Of a DNA stretch of 64,000 nucleotides, positions 47,741 to 58,700 are shown in pieces. The stretch spans positions 54,508 through 118,507 of the forward strand of contig JANLFY010000010.1 of assembly GCA_024653485.1 (NCBI GenBank), read 5' to 3'. This stretch comes from Bacillota bacterium. GTDB taxonomy: Bacteria; Bacillota; SHA-98; UBA4971. The stretch's first letter is position 1. Each line of letters begins with the position of its first letter. The notes beneath the pieces were generated by a model. The model saw only the letters and a program-made list of their open reading frames with translations, was not told the origin of the DNA and did no database searches. The position numbers were made by a program, and so were the translations under genes.

Positions 47741-49117
47741 TTGAAGGCGTTTCCAGGACTGAAGGGAAAGGATCTGCGCAAAGATCTTCGCGCGGACGTG
47801 GCGGTGATCGGCGGTGGCCCCGCCGGGCTTGCCGCTGCTGTCGCCGCGAAGCGGGCTGGGGCGGAGCGGGTCGTGGTCATCGAACGCGACGTTCGTCTGG
47901 GCGGAATCCTTCCTCAGTGCATACACACGGGGTTTGGGCTGAAGTGGTTCGGCGAGGAGCTCACAGGCCCCGAATACGCTGCTCGGTTCGTCGACGAGGC
48001 GGCCTCGGTGGGCGTCGAGTTCATGCTCGAGACCATGGTCCTCGAAGTCACGCAAGAACGTCGTGTGGCGGCCGTGTCGCCCCGCCATGGCTTAATAGTG
48101 CTCCAGTGCGGTGCCATAATCCTCGCCATGGGGTGCCGGGAGCGCCCGCGCGGGGCGCTCGTGCTTCCCGGCACGAGGCCGGCGGGGATATTCACCGCAG
48201 GCACCGCCCAGAGGCTCGTGAACATCGAGGGCGTCCTGCCGGGGCGACAGGCGGTCATTCTGGGATCGGGCGATGTCGGCCTCATCATGGCCCGGCGACT
48301 CACCCTTGAAGGGGTGAAAGTCCAGGCCGTCGTGGAGATCATGACGTATCCGGGCGGGCTTGCCCGGAACGTACAGCAGTGCCTCCGCGACTTCGATATT
48401 CCGCTGTACCTGGGCCATACCATCTCCCGTATCCACGGCCGCGACAGGCTGGAAGGGGTGAGCGTCGCTCCCGTGGACGACGCGAGGATGCCCATCGCGA
48501 GCGAGGAGTGGTTCATCCCCTGCGATACGCTGCTCTTCTCGGTGGGCCTCATCCCTGAGAACGAGCTTTCAGCTGCGTGCGGCATCGAGATCGATCCCGC
48601 CACGGGAGGGCCTGTCGTGACCGACGAGATGGAGACGAGCGTGCCTGGCATCTTCGCCTGCGGAAATGTGGTTCACGTGCACGACCTCGTGGACCACGTG
48701 ACCGAGGACGGCATGGTGGCAGGCGCTGCCGCCGCCGCTAGAGCGAGGGTGGAAGCGCGGACCCCGGTCCTTGGCGAGGTGGGCAAAGATGCGGGACTTG
48801 AGTCACTCCAAGTGCTCTGCACCACGGGGGAGATCCGGCCCGGCCGAAACGTCCGGTACGTGGTCCCGCAACGATTCGTCCGGCACGGTGATGCACCTGC
48901 AGCGGCGGCCGCCGCCGCGAGGACCCTCACCATATCCCTGCGTCCAAGCGAGCCTGCGGAGAACGTGGTGCTCGAGGTGTCGATCGCCGGAAGGGTGTTG
49001 CGGCGTCAGAGAAAGCAGAAGGTTCGTCCTGGCGAGATGATACAGGTGAACGTGGACAGGCTTGCGATCCCGTCCGAGAAGGGTGACACACTGACCGTGT
49101 CCATAGTGGAAAGATAG
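47741..49117 (+). CDS. FAD/NAD(P)-binding pyridine nucleotide-disulfide-type oxidoreductase (partner subunit of the GlpA-like enzyme)
   Basis: DVAVIGGGPAGLAAAVAA dinucleotide fold and a second Rossmann fold AVILGSGDVGL. Probable TTG start after a GGGAGG Shine-Dalgarno sequence; the track ORF begins upstream at 47519. Confidence 0.6.
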   Translation: MKAFPGLKGKDLRKDLRADVAVIGGGPAGLAAAVAAKRAGAERVVVIERDVRLGGILPQCIHTGFGLKWFGEELTGPEYAARFVDEAASVGVEFMLETMVLEVTQERRVAAVSPRHGLIVLQCGAIILAMGCRERPRGALVLPGTRPAGIFTAGTAQRLVNIEGVLPGRQAVILGSGDVGLIMARRLTLEGVKVQAVVEIMTYPGGLARNVQQCLRDFDIPLYLGHTISRIHGRDRLEGVSVAPVDDARMPIASEEWFIPCDTLLFSVGLIPENELSAACGIEIDPATGGPVVTDEMETSVPGIFACGNVVHVHDLVDHVTEDGMVAGAAAAARARVEARTPVLGEVGKDAGLESLQVLCTTGEIRPGRNVRYVVPQRFVRHGDAPAAAAAAARTLTISLRPSEPAENVVLEVSIAGRVLRRQRKQKVRPGEMIQVNVDRLAIPSEKGDTLTVSIVER

Positions 49118-49159
49118 TCGCATAGTAGAGAGATAGTCGAAAGGGAGGCGTGACTCTGC

Positions 49160-49594
49160 GTGCGCGGGGATTCGAGCGAGTTCACGGTGACGTGCGTCGT
49201 CTGTCCTGTTGGGTGCGAAGTCACTGTCCTGGACGCGGCGGAGGTAAGGGGCAACAAGTGCGACCGGGGACGAGAGTATGCGCTGCTCGAGCGGTACGAC
49301 CCGAGGCGGGTCTTGACATTCACTGTGCGCACAACGTGTCCCGATCACCCGCTCCTTCCGGTGAAGACCGACCGGCCGATTCCCAAGCACCTCCTTCTGA
49401 AGACTGCGAGGCTGCTGGCTGAAAAGTGCGTCAGCCCGCCGGTGAAGGCCGGCGACGTGGTGGTCCGCGACGTCTTGGGCACCGGTGCGGATGTCGTGGC
49501 CACGAACGACCTCAGTGGCTCCCTCCATCTCTCTTGCAGCTCCGTTCTACCGCAAGAGAGCAGGGAGCCGCAACCTCAAATTCCACGGACTTAG
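49160..49594 (+). CDS. DUF1667 domain protein (small Cys-rich partner of the oxidoreductase pair)
   Basis: CVVCPVGCEVTV motif typical of DUF1667; gene order conserved in Firmicutes glycerol loci. Confidence 0.65.
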   Translation: MRGDSSEFTVTCVVCPVGCEVTVLDAAEVRGNKCDRGREYALLERYDPRRVLTFTVRTTCPDHPLLPVKTDRPIPKHLLLKTARLLAEKCVSPPVKAGDVVVRDVLGTGADVVATNDLSGSLHLSCSSVLPQESREPQPQIPRT

Positions 49595-50267
49595 GGACAT
49601 CCGCTTGTTCGGACGGCCCAAGGGGTTAGCTAAGTAGTCCTACCGCCAGTGCTCGTACGGAAGCGCATGTATGCAAGGATGTCATCTCGAACATCCCTCA
49701 ACAGCTCTGCAGCCCTCGGAAGACGCTTCCAGAGGCGCTCCGCACCAAGGGCTCCGGCCACTTGCAGCCTCCGTCTCCTCACCCACTTCCTCACGCCTCG
49801 CTGCTGCGTCTGCCGATTCTACACCACTACCTGGACTGTAACTTCTCATGCGTGTTGTGTCTTCACAACGCGCATGGAACACCAGAGTGGTCACATTCGC
49901 ACATCCGTACAAGATCGTGCCAGCTTGACGAATGGGCTCACGAGACGATAACTCAGGACCATGACCAATACGCGAAGTTCGAGAGGAAGCCGGTCATGTT
50001 TCTCATCGTCTGCCTCCGGCATTCCAAGTGTGCCCGCCGTGGGATTCCCTGGGGGCGGGCGCTAGACGGACGCCAGACGGTTCCTGCACGCGAGGTCACA
50101 GAACCTCATCTCACGTGGCGCCGTGGTCGAGTTGTGGTCGAGTTGAGGACCCCCTTTCAGTCCCTCCTTTTCCCACCTCGAGTGGCCTAAGAGGTGTCGA
50201 GAACCGGGGTCACTCCGGACCTTGCACATCAGTCTTGGCAAGAGCTTCACTTGATGGAAATTCATTC

Positions 50268-50296
50268 TTGACCTCATTGCTATCAAATGATAGCAT
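50268..50296 (+). promoter_or_regulatory. promoter with perfect palindromic operator GCTATCA-aat-TGATAGC overlapping the -10 region, upstream of the MqsR-like toxin gene
   Basis: TTGACC-N17-TAGCAT; the palindrome spans 50279-50294 and lies ~25 nt upstream of the start codon. Confidence 0.45.
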
Positions 50297-50317
50297 ATCG
50301 GCAGAGCCGATGATACA

Positions 50318-50725
50318 ATGAAGGGGAGATGGACACCTGTGTCCAGATCCGCGAGACCCAATCATGGCGGCGTAGCCCTCATTCGACAGATAGACGAGTT
50401 CCTGGAACGGGTTAGGGACGCGATACTCATCCAGCACAAGTTTGATTTCATTCCTCGCACAGAGAACCTTGACGGCCTAGCAGAGCTAGGAATCACGATA
50501 GGCGCTGCGAAGCAGGAAATCCTGGCCCTCACGTATCAGGACTACTACAGGGGTCCGTCACCAGATCAGTCGCGAGAGCACGTTCGAGGTGGTGCGATAT
50601 GGGAGTTCATCAGGGATATGGACGGAAGGCCTGTGTACATAAAGCTTAAGCTGGACAACTGCCGCGGTTGCGTGTGCATGTCGTTCCACGAGGCTGACCG
50701 TGCTCCCAGGTTGCCCTACCGGTAG
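50318..50725 (+). CDS. MqsR-like toxin (RNase, RelE-fold superfamily)
   Basis: Colinear pattern with E. coli MqsR: …LTYQDYYRGPSPDQ…IWEFIRDMDGRPVYIKLKL… versus …SDFYKSMTTYSDHTIWQDVYRPRLVTGQVYLKITVI…. Confidence 0.5.
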   Translation: MKGRWTPVSRSARPNHGGVALIRQIDEFLERVRDAILIQHKFDFIPRTENLDGLAELGITIGAAKQEILALTYQDYYRGPSPDQSREHVRGGAIWEFIRDMDGRPVYIKLKLDNCRGCVCMSFHEADRAPRLPYR

Positions 50726-50787
50726 AGCGGTCGGGGAGTTCGCCTCAACGGACCAGTCGAGGAATCATGCACGAAGGAGGACAAACC

Positions 50788-51798
50788 ATGAAAGGCTTCT
50801 GTCCAAAGTGCGACGCAGAAAGGGAACTCATCAAGACCCAGAGGGAGGAGACATATCCAGTAAAGGGCGAGGCCATCACCATCATGTCCAACGTTTTGAC
50901 GTGCGGGACTTGTGGGACCGATGTGTTTGATGAGACTCTGGACAGTGAAAACCTATCCCTGGCCTATTCTCAGTATCGTAAGCAAAAGGGTCTATTGGGA
51001 CCAGAAGAGATCAAAAGGATTAGGGAGAGGTACGGTCTCTCACAGCGCGGTCTGGCTGCCCTCCTGGGATGGAGCCCTGCCACGATAGCAAGATACGAAC
51101 TTGGGTCGATCCCCAGCGTCGCCCATAATGATCAGCTTTGTCGATTCAGCAAGGATGTGGCTTACGCGCGCAGTCTCTTTGAAGCGTCTGCGTCTAGGCT
51201 AGGAAACCTTGAGAGAAAGCGAGTGGAGAAGGCACTTGGTTCCCGCCGGGCAGATAGTGTGCCGGAGAAGATCTCGCGGATCTTGCTAGGCCTGTACTCG
51301 CGGCATGGAGAGTTACTGCGGGGAAGGCGTAGACCCGATCTGAACAGACTCGCCGAAATGGCGGTCTTCTTTGCGGCCAAGTGCCCCGGCATCGCGAAAT
51401 CGAAGTTGCTCAAGATGCTGTGGTATTCGGATTTCGTCTGCTATAGACGGACGCTTTGCTCCATGAGCGGCGCGGTATACTGCCACAACTACTTTGGGCC
51501 CATTCCGCTAGCCCACGACTTGGTCATGGCCTACATGGAGCGGATGCAGTTCATTGCCCTCAAGCCGCAGAGCTACGGCGAGGTCGAAGGAGAGCGGGTC
51601 GAACCTCTCGTGGAGTTCGAGACCGATTTGTTCAGCCCTGAGGAGCTGAAGGTTCTCGAAGACGTCCTACGGAGGTTCAAGGCTTGCAGCGCCACCGCGC
51701 TCGGAAAGATGAGTCACGAGGAGAGGGGTTACACGGAGACGCAGCTCGGTGAGCCGATATCTTACGAGTACGCCATGACCCTGAAAGCTATCGAGTAG
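50788..51798 (+). CDS. antitoxin with MqsA-like zinc ribbon + XRE HTH N-terminal half fused to a Panacea (DUF4065) C-terminal domain
   Basis: CPKCDAERE…CGTCGT zinc ribbon. HTH IKRIRERYGLSQRGLAALLGWSPATIARYELG. C-terminal KLLKMLWYSDFVCYRRTLCSMSGAVYCHNYFGPIP matches the DUF4065 consensus (KLLYxAD…G.P.…Y.A.…GPV). GAAGGAGG Shine-Dalgarno sequence. Confidence 0.6.
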   Translation: MKGFCPKCDAERELIKTQREETYPVKGEAITIMSNVLTCGTCGTDVFDETLDSENLSLAYSQYRKQKGLLGPEEIKRIRERYGLSQRGLAALLGWSPATIARYELGSIPSVAHNDQLCRFSKDVAYARSLFEASASRLGNLERKRVEKALGSRRADSVPEKISRILLGLYSRHGELLRGRRRPDLNRLAEMAVFFAAKCPGIAKSKLLKMLWYSDFVCYRRTLCSMSGAVYCHNYFGPIPLAHDLVMAYMERMQFIALKPQSYGEVEGERVEPLVEFETDLFSPEELKVLEDVLRRFKACSATALGKMSHEERGYTETQLGEPISYEYAMTLKAIE

Positions 51799-52215
51799 GC
51801 TGCGGATGCCAATGCGCTCTCCAAGAGCCGGTATACTCAGTGGACGGGCGTGAGCCAACGGGCTTGGAATTTGAGGTGGCGGCTTCCAGCTCCGTTGCGG
51901 TAAAGCGCACGTGTCGGGGGAAAGGAGTCGGAGACGGCGAGGCGAGCGCCGGGGTATATCGTGATGAGCGACCGTCAATCAGGAAAGGCATGACAAGCTG
52001 GACGTAGACAAGGTGAGCCGGTAATCTCGGCACATCACTGCAACTACAAGGGCGGACATAGACGAAGGAGGAGAGACCCGGAGGAACACAGATCGCTGTC
52101 ATTGGAGGTCTCGCGTCCGATGTGCATGGAGACCGGACGCCGTGATGGTTGTTGGCGAATCGTGCAGAACGACGCAGGATGGGCAGGATAGCTAGTGCCA
52201 TTTGTCTAATACTTA

Positions 52216-55200
52216 TTGGCAAGTCTGGGAGTCTCAGGCCATACGGGCTCCTGCCGGGGGGTGGCTACTTTGGCCGATTCTCCATCTGCCCATGCTGACC
52301 AGCGCACAGGGTTGAGGCCGCCCGACGGCGCGACCGAGAGGGTGTCCGTCGATGCCGCGGACTCGCAGGCTCCGACTGTGCCAACCGTGCCGCCCGCGCC
52401 AACCTCACCGGCAATGTCGACCACCGCACCGGGCGGCATGCCTTCCTCTGCATCGGGGCCGCCGCGCGTTGGTATGCTTGCCACGGTGCGAAATCGCCGA
52501 GGTCTTGTCTCGGCGGTTGAGCCTTTCGATGTATCCACTGAAGGGCGATTCCACTTGATTACCGTGGAGTACCTGGACGGCGGCTCACCCCAGGAAGACC
52601 ACCTCATCTGGGAACGCGAGCCTGGAGCGCGTCTGCTCGAGCCCACAGCGCTGCCGGACGTGGAACGCGACGCCGCTATGGCGCCGGATGAGTTCGACGC
52701 CCTTGTCCGAGCCGCACGGTGGACGGCGCTCGCGCCGTACACCGGCCTAGACAGCCTGGACAGCGTGGATAGCCTCGAGGGCGCCAACCCTAGCCCCGAC
52801 TCTTCCGGCTCCGAAAGGTCCCTGGCATCAAGTCCTCTCACCGCGCCTTTTCACAGCGCGGTGCAGATTGAGGATTTCCAGCTTGTCCCTCTCCTGAAAG
52901 CCCTGCGCATGCCGCGGGCGGCATTGCTCCTGGCGGACGACGTGGGTCTGGGCAAGACGATAGAGGCTGGGCTCATCCTTCGCGAGCTGCTTACCAGGCG
53001 CCGGGTGCGGCGGGTCCTCGTGCTGTGTCCTGCGTCGCTGCGTCTTCAGTGGAAACAAGAGATGCGAGACAAGTTCGCGCTGCCGTTTGACATTGTCGAC
53101 CGCGCCTCCACCCACGCGCTTCAGAAGCGCTTGGGTATGGATGCCAATCCCTGGCGCACCTTTCCGCGCATCATCACCTCATATGACTATCTCAAGCAGC
53201 CCGACGTCCTCGAGCAGTTCCGGTCGGCGTGTCGCGTGCCAGAGGGCTCACCCCATCTTCCTTGGGACCTCCTGATAGTAGATGAGGTCCACAATCTCGC
53301 GCCCGCGCCGCTCGGGGAAGAAAGCGACCTCACGCGAATGCTGAGGATACTCGCTCCCTACTTTGAACACAAACTCTTTCTCACAGCAACGCCGCACAAC
53401 GGACATACGCGAAGCTTTACGGGCCTCCTCGAGTGCCTCGATCCCGCTCGATTCACCGAGAAGGGTGAGCCACTGACAGAGGCAGACAAGCGGCGCGTAT
53501 CGCAAGTCGTTGTCAGACGCTTGAAGAGCGAGATAAACGCAAGGACGAGCCCGCCGAAGTTCTGCGAGCGCAAGCTGGTTGCGCTGCCGCTTTCCTTGAG
53601 CCGTGAAGAGCAAGCTTTGTCGCGAGCCTTCGCAGCTTTTCGACTCAAGGTGAGGTCGCTCGTAGCCTCGGCCCGCGGGACTGAGCAGGTGGCGGGGTCG
53701 TTTGCAGTTGAGGTCCTGGGAAAGCGCCTCCTATCGTGTCCGGTGGCTTTTGCCGACTCGTGGCGTCGCTACTGCGAGGGCCTGGCAGACGCGCAGCCCG
53801 CTGATGTGGACGAGGTCCAGGCAGCGAGGCGATCGATGCGTGAGGAGACCGGGGACGACATGGAGGCGGAAGCGCGCGGGGCGCATGCTGCGCACACTAT
53901 CGGTGCCTGGCTGAAGCCGTTTGCTGAACGCCTTGATCCCGAGATCAAGGCGATCGATCGTGCCCTCCAGGACTTGGGGCTTTACATCACGCACAGCCCA
54001 GCAGGCGATCGGGCGGCCGAAATGACGCCGCGCAGCGATGCCCGCTTCGATGCGCTCTGCAGCTTAATCGAGAGGGCCCTGCGGGGCCATAGGGATGAGC
54101 GTCTGGTGGTCTTCACGGAATACAAGACCACCCTTGAGTATCTTGTACGCAGGCTGAAGGCTGTGTGCCCCGAGGAAGGATCCGTGAGAGTGCTCTTGGG
54201 CGGGATGGACGAGGACGAGCGCGAGCTCATCAAGGCGGCCTTCAACGATCCCGCGGACCCCGTGCGAATCCTCGTAGCGACCGACGCCGCTGCGGAAGGT
54301 TTGAACCTGCAGGAGACGGCGCGGTATATACTGCACTATGACGTGCCCTGGAATCCTGCCCGCCTTGAACAACGGAACGGCCGCCTTGACAGACACGGAC
54401 AGGCCCGGGACGTCGTTGTGTACCACTTCACTGCAGACGACGATGCCGATGTGGCGTTCCTGGCCTATGTGATCCGAAAGGTACACACGATTCGTGAAGA
54501 CTTGGGCTCGACCGGGCAGGTATTCGATTCTGCCATTGAGCGGAGACTCATCGTCGGTGATGACGTAGACCAAGTTCGTGCGGACCTGGACGAGCGACTC
54601 GCCTTTGCGAAAGGGCGGGCGGAATTGCCGAGCGCCGCTGACGATGTCCAGTCGGGCGCTGATGGCCTTGCATACCTGCGTCAGCTCGCGAACGAGGTGG
54701 ATCTTGATGCCGACAGCCTGCGCGAGACCCTCGACGTGGCTCTCGGCCTCAGGGCTGGCCGGCCGCGACTCGACGGTCCCGACGAGCGGGGTCGCTTCCG
54801 CCTGAGGGCTCCGATTCCGGCCGAGTGGAACGCCCTTGTTGATGATTCCTTGCGGTTGGATCGTGGCCGGTTCGGCTTACGTGCATCACCCAAGGGGGCG
54901 CTTCCCGCGATTTTCTTCGACGCGTCGAAACTAGTCCGCGAAGTGGGTGGTCGTCCCGTCTTCAGGCCGGAGAAAGACTCCGTGCTGCTTCATCTCGGTC
55001 ACCCACTCGTAAGCCGCGCTCTCATTACCCTCGCCCAGGCGCGCTTCCCTGCGGCCACGGGAAGGGCCACCCGGTGGACTGTGAAGCGTGGCCCAGTGCC
55101 GCCGGGCGCGGACGCCCTCGTGCTCCTGACCGTGGAGGAACTTGCCGTAAACGAGTTAAGGGAGACGTTTCATCACTGGGTTCGGACGCTGAGGATGCCC

Positions 55201-55761
55201 GTTTTCAGAGGGAGCATTGGTGAGCTCCTTCCCCACGTGCCAGCTAGAGACCTTCGGATAGCGTGCGGCCCGCCCGCGCCGGAGGACGTCGATAGAGCGA
55301 GGCAGGTCTGGGACGAGATCGCGTCAGATGTCCAGGCTTTGGTGAGGGACCTTGCGAGAAGGCTAACAGAAAGACTCGCAAGCACGTTGGATGCCGAGCG
55401 AGTGTCCGCGCTGCGCGTCGAGAACGATCGCTTCATGAGCAGGCAAGGCGAGATCTCTTCTCTCATCGAGGGCACGACGATAGCTCGGCTGGAGAAGGAG
55501 ATCGAAGAACTCAAGCGCGAGCGCAATCAGGGAGTATTGTACGATCAGGACCGCCGGCTCGAGGAAATCGACCGCTCCATCGCAGACAAGGAGGAAGAGA
55601 TCCGGCGACGTCGCGCGCACTATGAGGAGCTTCGCCAGCAGTTACAGCGGGAACGCGAGAGAGTGCTCAAGTACACAATCCCCAGGAGATACACGATGCG
55701 CGGCAGGGCATCGGTTTTCCCAGTTGCTGTTGAGATAAGGCTGCCTGACGACGGGAGGTGA
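52216..55761 (+). CDS. drmD: SNF2-family helicase (DISARM DrmD-like) with Pro/Ser-rich N-terminal extension
   Basis: Motif I LLADDVGLGKTIEAG, DEXH LLIVDEVHNL, motif III FLTATPHNG, motifs V/VI GLNLQETARYILHYDVPWNPARLEQRNGRLDRHGQ. The true start may be an internal ATG (~52414 or 52474). Confidence 0.8.
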   Translation: MASLGVSGHTGSCRGVATLADSPSAHADQRTGLRPPDGATERVSVDAADSQAPTVPTVPPAPTSPAMSTTAPGGMPSSASGPPRVGMLATVRNRRGLVSAVEPFDVSTEGRFHLITVEYLDGGSPQEDHLIWEREPGARLLEPTALPDVERDAAMAPDEFDALVRAARWTALAPYTGLDSLDSVDSLEGANPSPDSSGSERSLASSPLTAPFHSAVQIEDFQLVPLLKALRMPRAALLLADDVGLGKTIEAGLILRELLTRRRVRRVLVLCPASLRLQWKQEMRDKFALPFDIVDRASTHALQKRLGMDANPWRTFPRIITSYDYLKQPDVLEQFRSACRVPEGSPHLPWDLLIVDEVHNLAPAPLGEESDLTRMLRILAPYFEHKLFLTATPHNGHTRSFTGLLECLDPARFTEKGEPLTEADKRRVSQVVVRRLKSEINARTSPPKFCERKLVALPLSLSREEQALSRAFAAFRLKVRSLVASARGTEQVAGSFAVEVLGKRLLSCPVAFADSWRRYCEGLADAQPADVDEVQAARRSMREETGDDMEAEARGAHAAHTIGAWLKPFAERLDPEIKAIDRALQDLGLYITHSPAGDRAAEMTPRSDARFDALCSLIERALRGHRDERLVVFTEYKTTLEYLVRRLKAVCPEEGSVRVLLGGMDEDERELIKAAFNDPADPVRILVATDAAAEGLNLQETARYILHYDVPWNPARLEQRNGRLDRHGQARDVVVYHFTADDDADVAFLAYVIRKVHTIREDLGSTGQVFDSAIERRLIVGDDVDQVRADLDERLAFAKGRAELPSAADDVQSGADGLAYLRQLANEVDLDADSLRETLDVALGLRAGRPRLDGPDERGRFRLRAPIPAEWNALVDDSLRLDRGRFGLRASPKGALPAIFFDASKLVREVGGRPVFRPEKDSVLLHLGHPLVSRALITLAQARFPAATGRATRWTVKRGPVPPGADALVLLTVEELAVNELRETFHHWVRTLRMPVFRGSIGELLPHVPARDLRIACGPPAPEDVDRARQVWDEIASDVQALVRDLARRLTERLASTLDAERVSALRVENDRFMSRQGEISSLIEGTTIARLEKEIEELKRERNQGVLYDQDRRLEEIDRSIADKEEEIRRRRAHYEELRQQLQRERERVLKYTIPRRYTMRGRASVFPVAVEIRLPDDGR

Positions 55762-55766
55762 GGGCC

Positions 55767-58700
55767 ATGGCGGCGAGCGAGGCTGCGGCCTTGAGATACA
55801 CTGCTGACGAAAGCTATGCGTGGTGGGCATCGCTCAGGCACGGAGGGCTGCTCATAGCACCCTCGCACCTAGCCCAGAACTTCCCCCCGGACCTCTCGCC
55901 GTTGCCGCGCCACCTTGAGGACCGCCTCCGCCGCGACATAATGCGCGCGTCGGACGGTCGCACCGAGTCCCTGGCGAGCCTTCTCGACACCGTGCTTGAG
56001 GACGTGCTCGGTTTGGAGAACGACACCTCCGGCGCGGCCACGAAGGGGCGCTGGTTCAAAGGCGGGGACGTCCCGTCTGAATGGTCGAGCCAGGGGATGA
56101 CAGGGGAGATTATCAAGCCTCGACGTCTTTGGAAGGGACCGCACGGGGCGCTTCTCCCTGTATTTGTGGAGTCGGAAAGGGCGGCTCGACTCGGGACAGG
56201 CCGAGGTCGACGCACGACTTCCAGGGTGATCGAGTGGCTCCGGCATAAGGGCGAGAGGATCGCGCTCCTCACAAACGGACGACAATGGCGCCTAGTCTAT
56301 GCCGGGCTCGACCACGATGCCTTCGCCGAATGGGATACCGCCCTATGGTTCGAGGAAGGCAGGACGGGGCTTCAGGTCACCGCCCTCAGGGCGCTCCTGG
56401 GCCGGGATGCCCTCGTGCCGAGTGCGGACGGACAGCCTTGCGCACTTCTCGCTGCCATCGTCGCTTCCCGTAAAGGTCAGGCGGAACTCTCGACTGCGCT
56501 GGGCGAGCGCGTCCGGCAGGCCGTAGAACTCCTCATCCGCGAGCATTCACTTGCTCTTGAAAACGCCGACTTGAGCGTAAAGTCTGCCGACATCTACCAC
56601 GCGGCTACTCGTGTCGTCATGCGTATGGTCGTCGCGCTCTTCGCTGAGGCTAGAGACCTCCTGCCCCGGGACAATCCAATCTATCACGGCTCATATGGGC
56701 TTGGCGGCCTGCGTGAAATGCTCGACCGCTCCGGAGGGGGTGCAGGTTCCGACAGGCTGCGCCATCAGTTTACCGCGTGGCCGAGGATTCTCGCTCTCTT
56801 CAGGCTCGTTTACGAGGGATCTCCTCACGAGGCGTTGCCTGTCCCGCGCTATGCAGGTAATCTGTTCGAGCAGGGCGATCCGTGCTCCGACGATCCTGTC
56901 CGAAGGGCGTTGAGCGTTTTCGAAGACCCAGAGAACTCTCCGAACGACGCAGCGGTCCACGAGATGCTCACCCTTCTCTGTCACAGCCGCGTCAAGATCC
57001 GCCAGGGCAGGAACTCTATGTGGATAGATGCTCCCGTGGATTTCTCGGATCTCTCGTCCGAATACGTAGGAATGCTCTACGAGGGGCTTCTCGACTTCGA
57101 GCTGCGCCGCGCCTCCGACGGCGACCCAATTGTCTTCTTGAACCTCGGCGACCAGCCGGCGCTGCCTCTCTCTCGTCTTGAGGCTCTCGATGACAAGGCC
57201 GTCGCCAGGCTGGTTGAGAAGTCGAAGGAAAGAACCAGGCGCATCGTGAGCGAGGAGAGCGGGGAGGAGAACGAGGACGAGGAGACGGCGGGGGACGAAG
57301 ACACCGATGAGGCCGAACCCGATGACGATGGCGCCGAACCCGAGGACGACGGCTCGGAGGAGAGCGGGGAACCTGCCGATGGCGAGGAAACTCCCGGGGC
57401 CTCGCCGAGTGGTGGTGGCGCTGGCGACGATGCCCGGCGTGCCGCTACTGAGCGGGCGTGGCGATGGGCGTTGCGGGCGGTGAAAGTAGGCAGGCTCGTC
57501 CACAGGCCGCGGTCCTCGAGCCCGGCCGCCCTTCGGGAGTACGAGGCGCTTTGCGGGCAGGCCGCGAAACGTCTTGTGGCGCGTGTGGTACTTCCGGGCG
57601 AATGGTACCTCGTCCGATGGGGAGGTACCCGTAAGGGTGCGGGAACTTTCTATACTCGCCCGCAGCTTGCAGTTCCAACAATCCACCGGACCCTGCGGCC
57701 TCTTGCGTACGAGACCCCGATCGGCCCAGACGGACCTGCCGACGATAGCGGGAACGCTTCAGCCTCCCGATGGATTCCGAGAAGACCTGAAGAGATCCTT
57801 GCCCTCAAGGTGTGCGACCCGGCGTGCGGGTCAGGGTCGTTCCTCACAGCCGCCCTCAGATTCCTCACAGATGCGCTGGTGGAAAGCCTTCACTATCACG
57901 GACGCATCCGCAACCAAGGTGAGAGGGCCGTTGTGACGCTGGCAGAAGGGCGGCCTGAGTCCGGACGCCTTTCGGATGAACTCCTGCCGTGCCGCCCTGA
58001 TTCGGACGGCTTCGAGGCGCAGCTGCGGGCGCGTCTCAAGCGATATGTAGTGGAGCGCTGCATCTACGGAGTAGACATAGATCCGCTCGCCGTCGAGCTT
58101 GCGCGGGTAGCCTTGTGGATCGAGACAATGGACCCTGCACTCCCATTCAGCTTCCTCGACCATAAGGTAAAGGTGGGCAACTCCCTTGTGGGTTGCTGGT
58201 TCGACCGATTCCGGGATTACCCCGTGCTCGCCTGGGAGCGAGAAGGCGGCGACAGCAACCATACGCGTGGTGTCCGTTTTGAGAAGGGGACCTGGACGAA
58301 AGCCATCAAGAAGTTCCGCAACGAACGCATAAGGGGGGAACTCAAGACATGGCTTGAGGGCCGCGGCTACCAGCTGATGCTTCCGCTTCCCGAGCTCAAC
58401 GTGGCTCCTGAGGCGGTGCACGATGAGGCGACGGCTCTTCTGGAAAGAATGCACGATTTTGCGGTGCACGAGTCGGAGGAACGCGCGGTCTTCTACCGTG
58501 ACAGGATCCTGGGCAACCCCGCGTTCCAGCGCCTCAAGGAGGCCTTCGATACTTGGTGCGCCATCTGGTTCTGGCCGGCGGAACGTCTGGAGGACGCCCC
58601 GACGCCACTCAACTTCACCGATCCGCCCAGGGTGACACGCGACCTTGCAAGGCAACTTGCCAGCGAGCACCGATTCTTTCACTGGGAACTCGAGTTCCCC

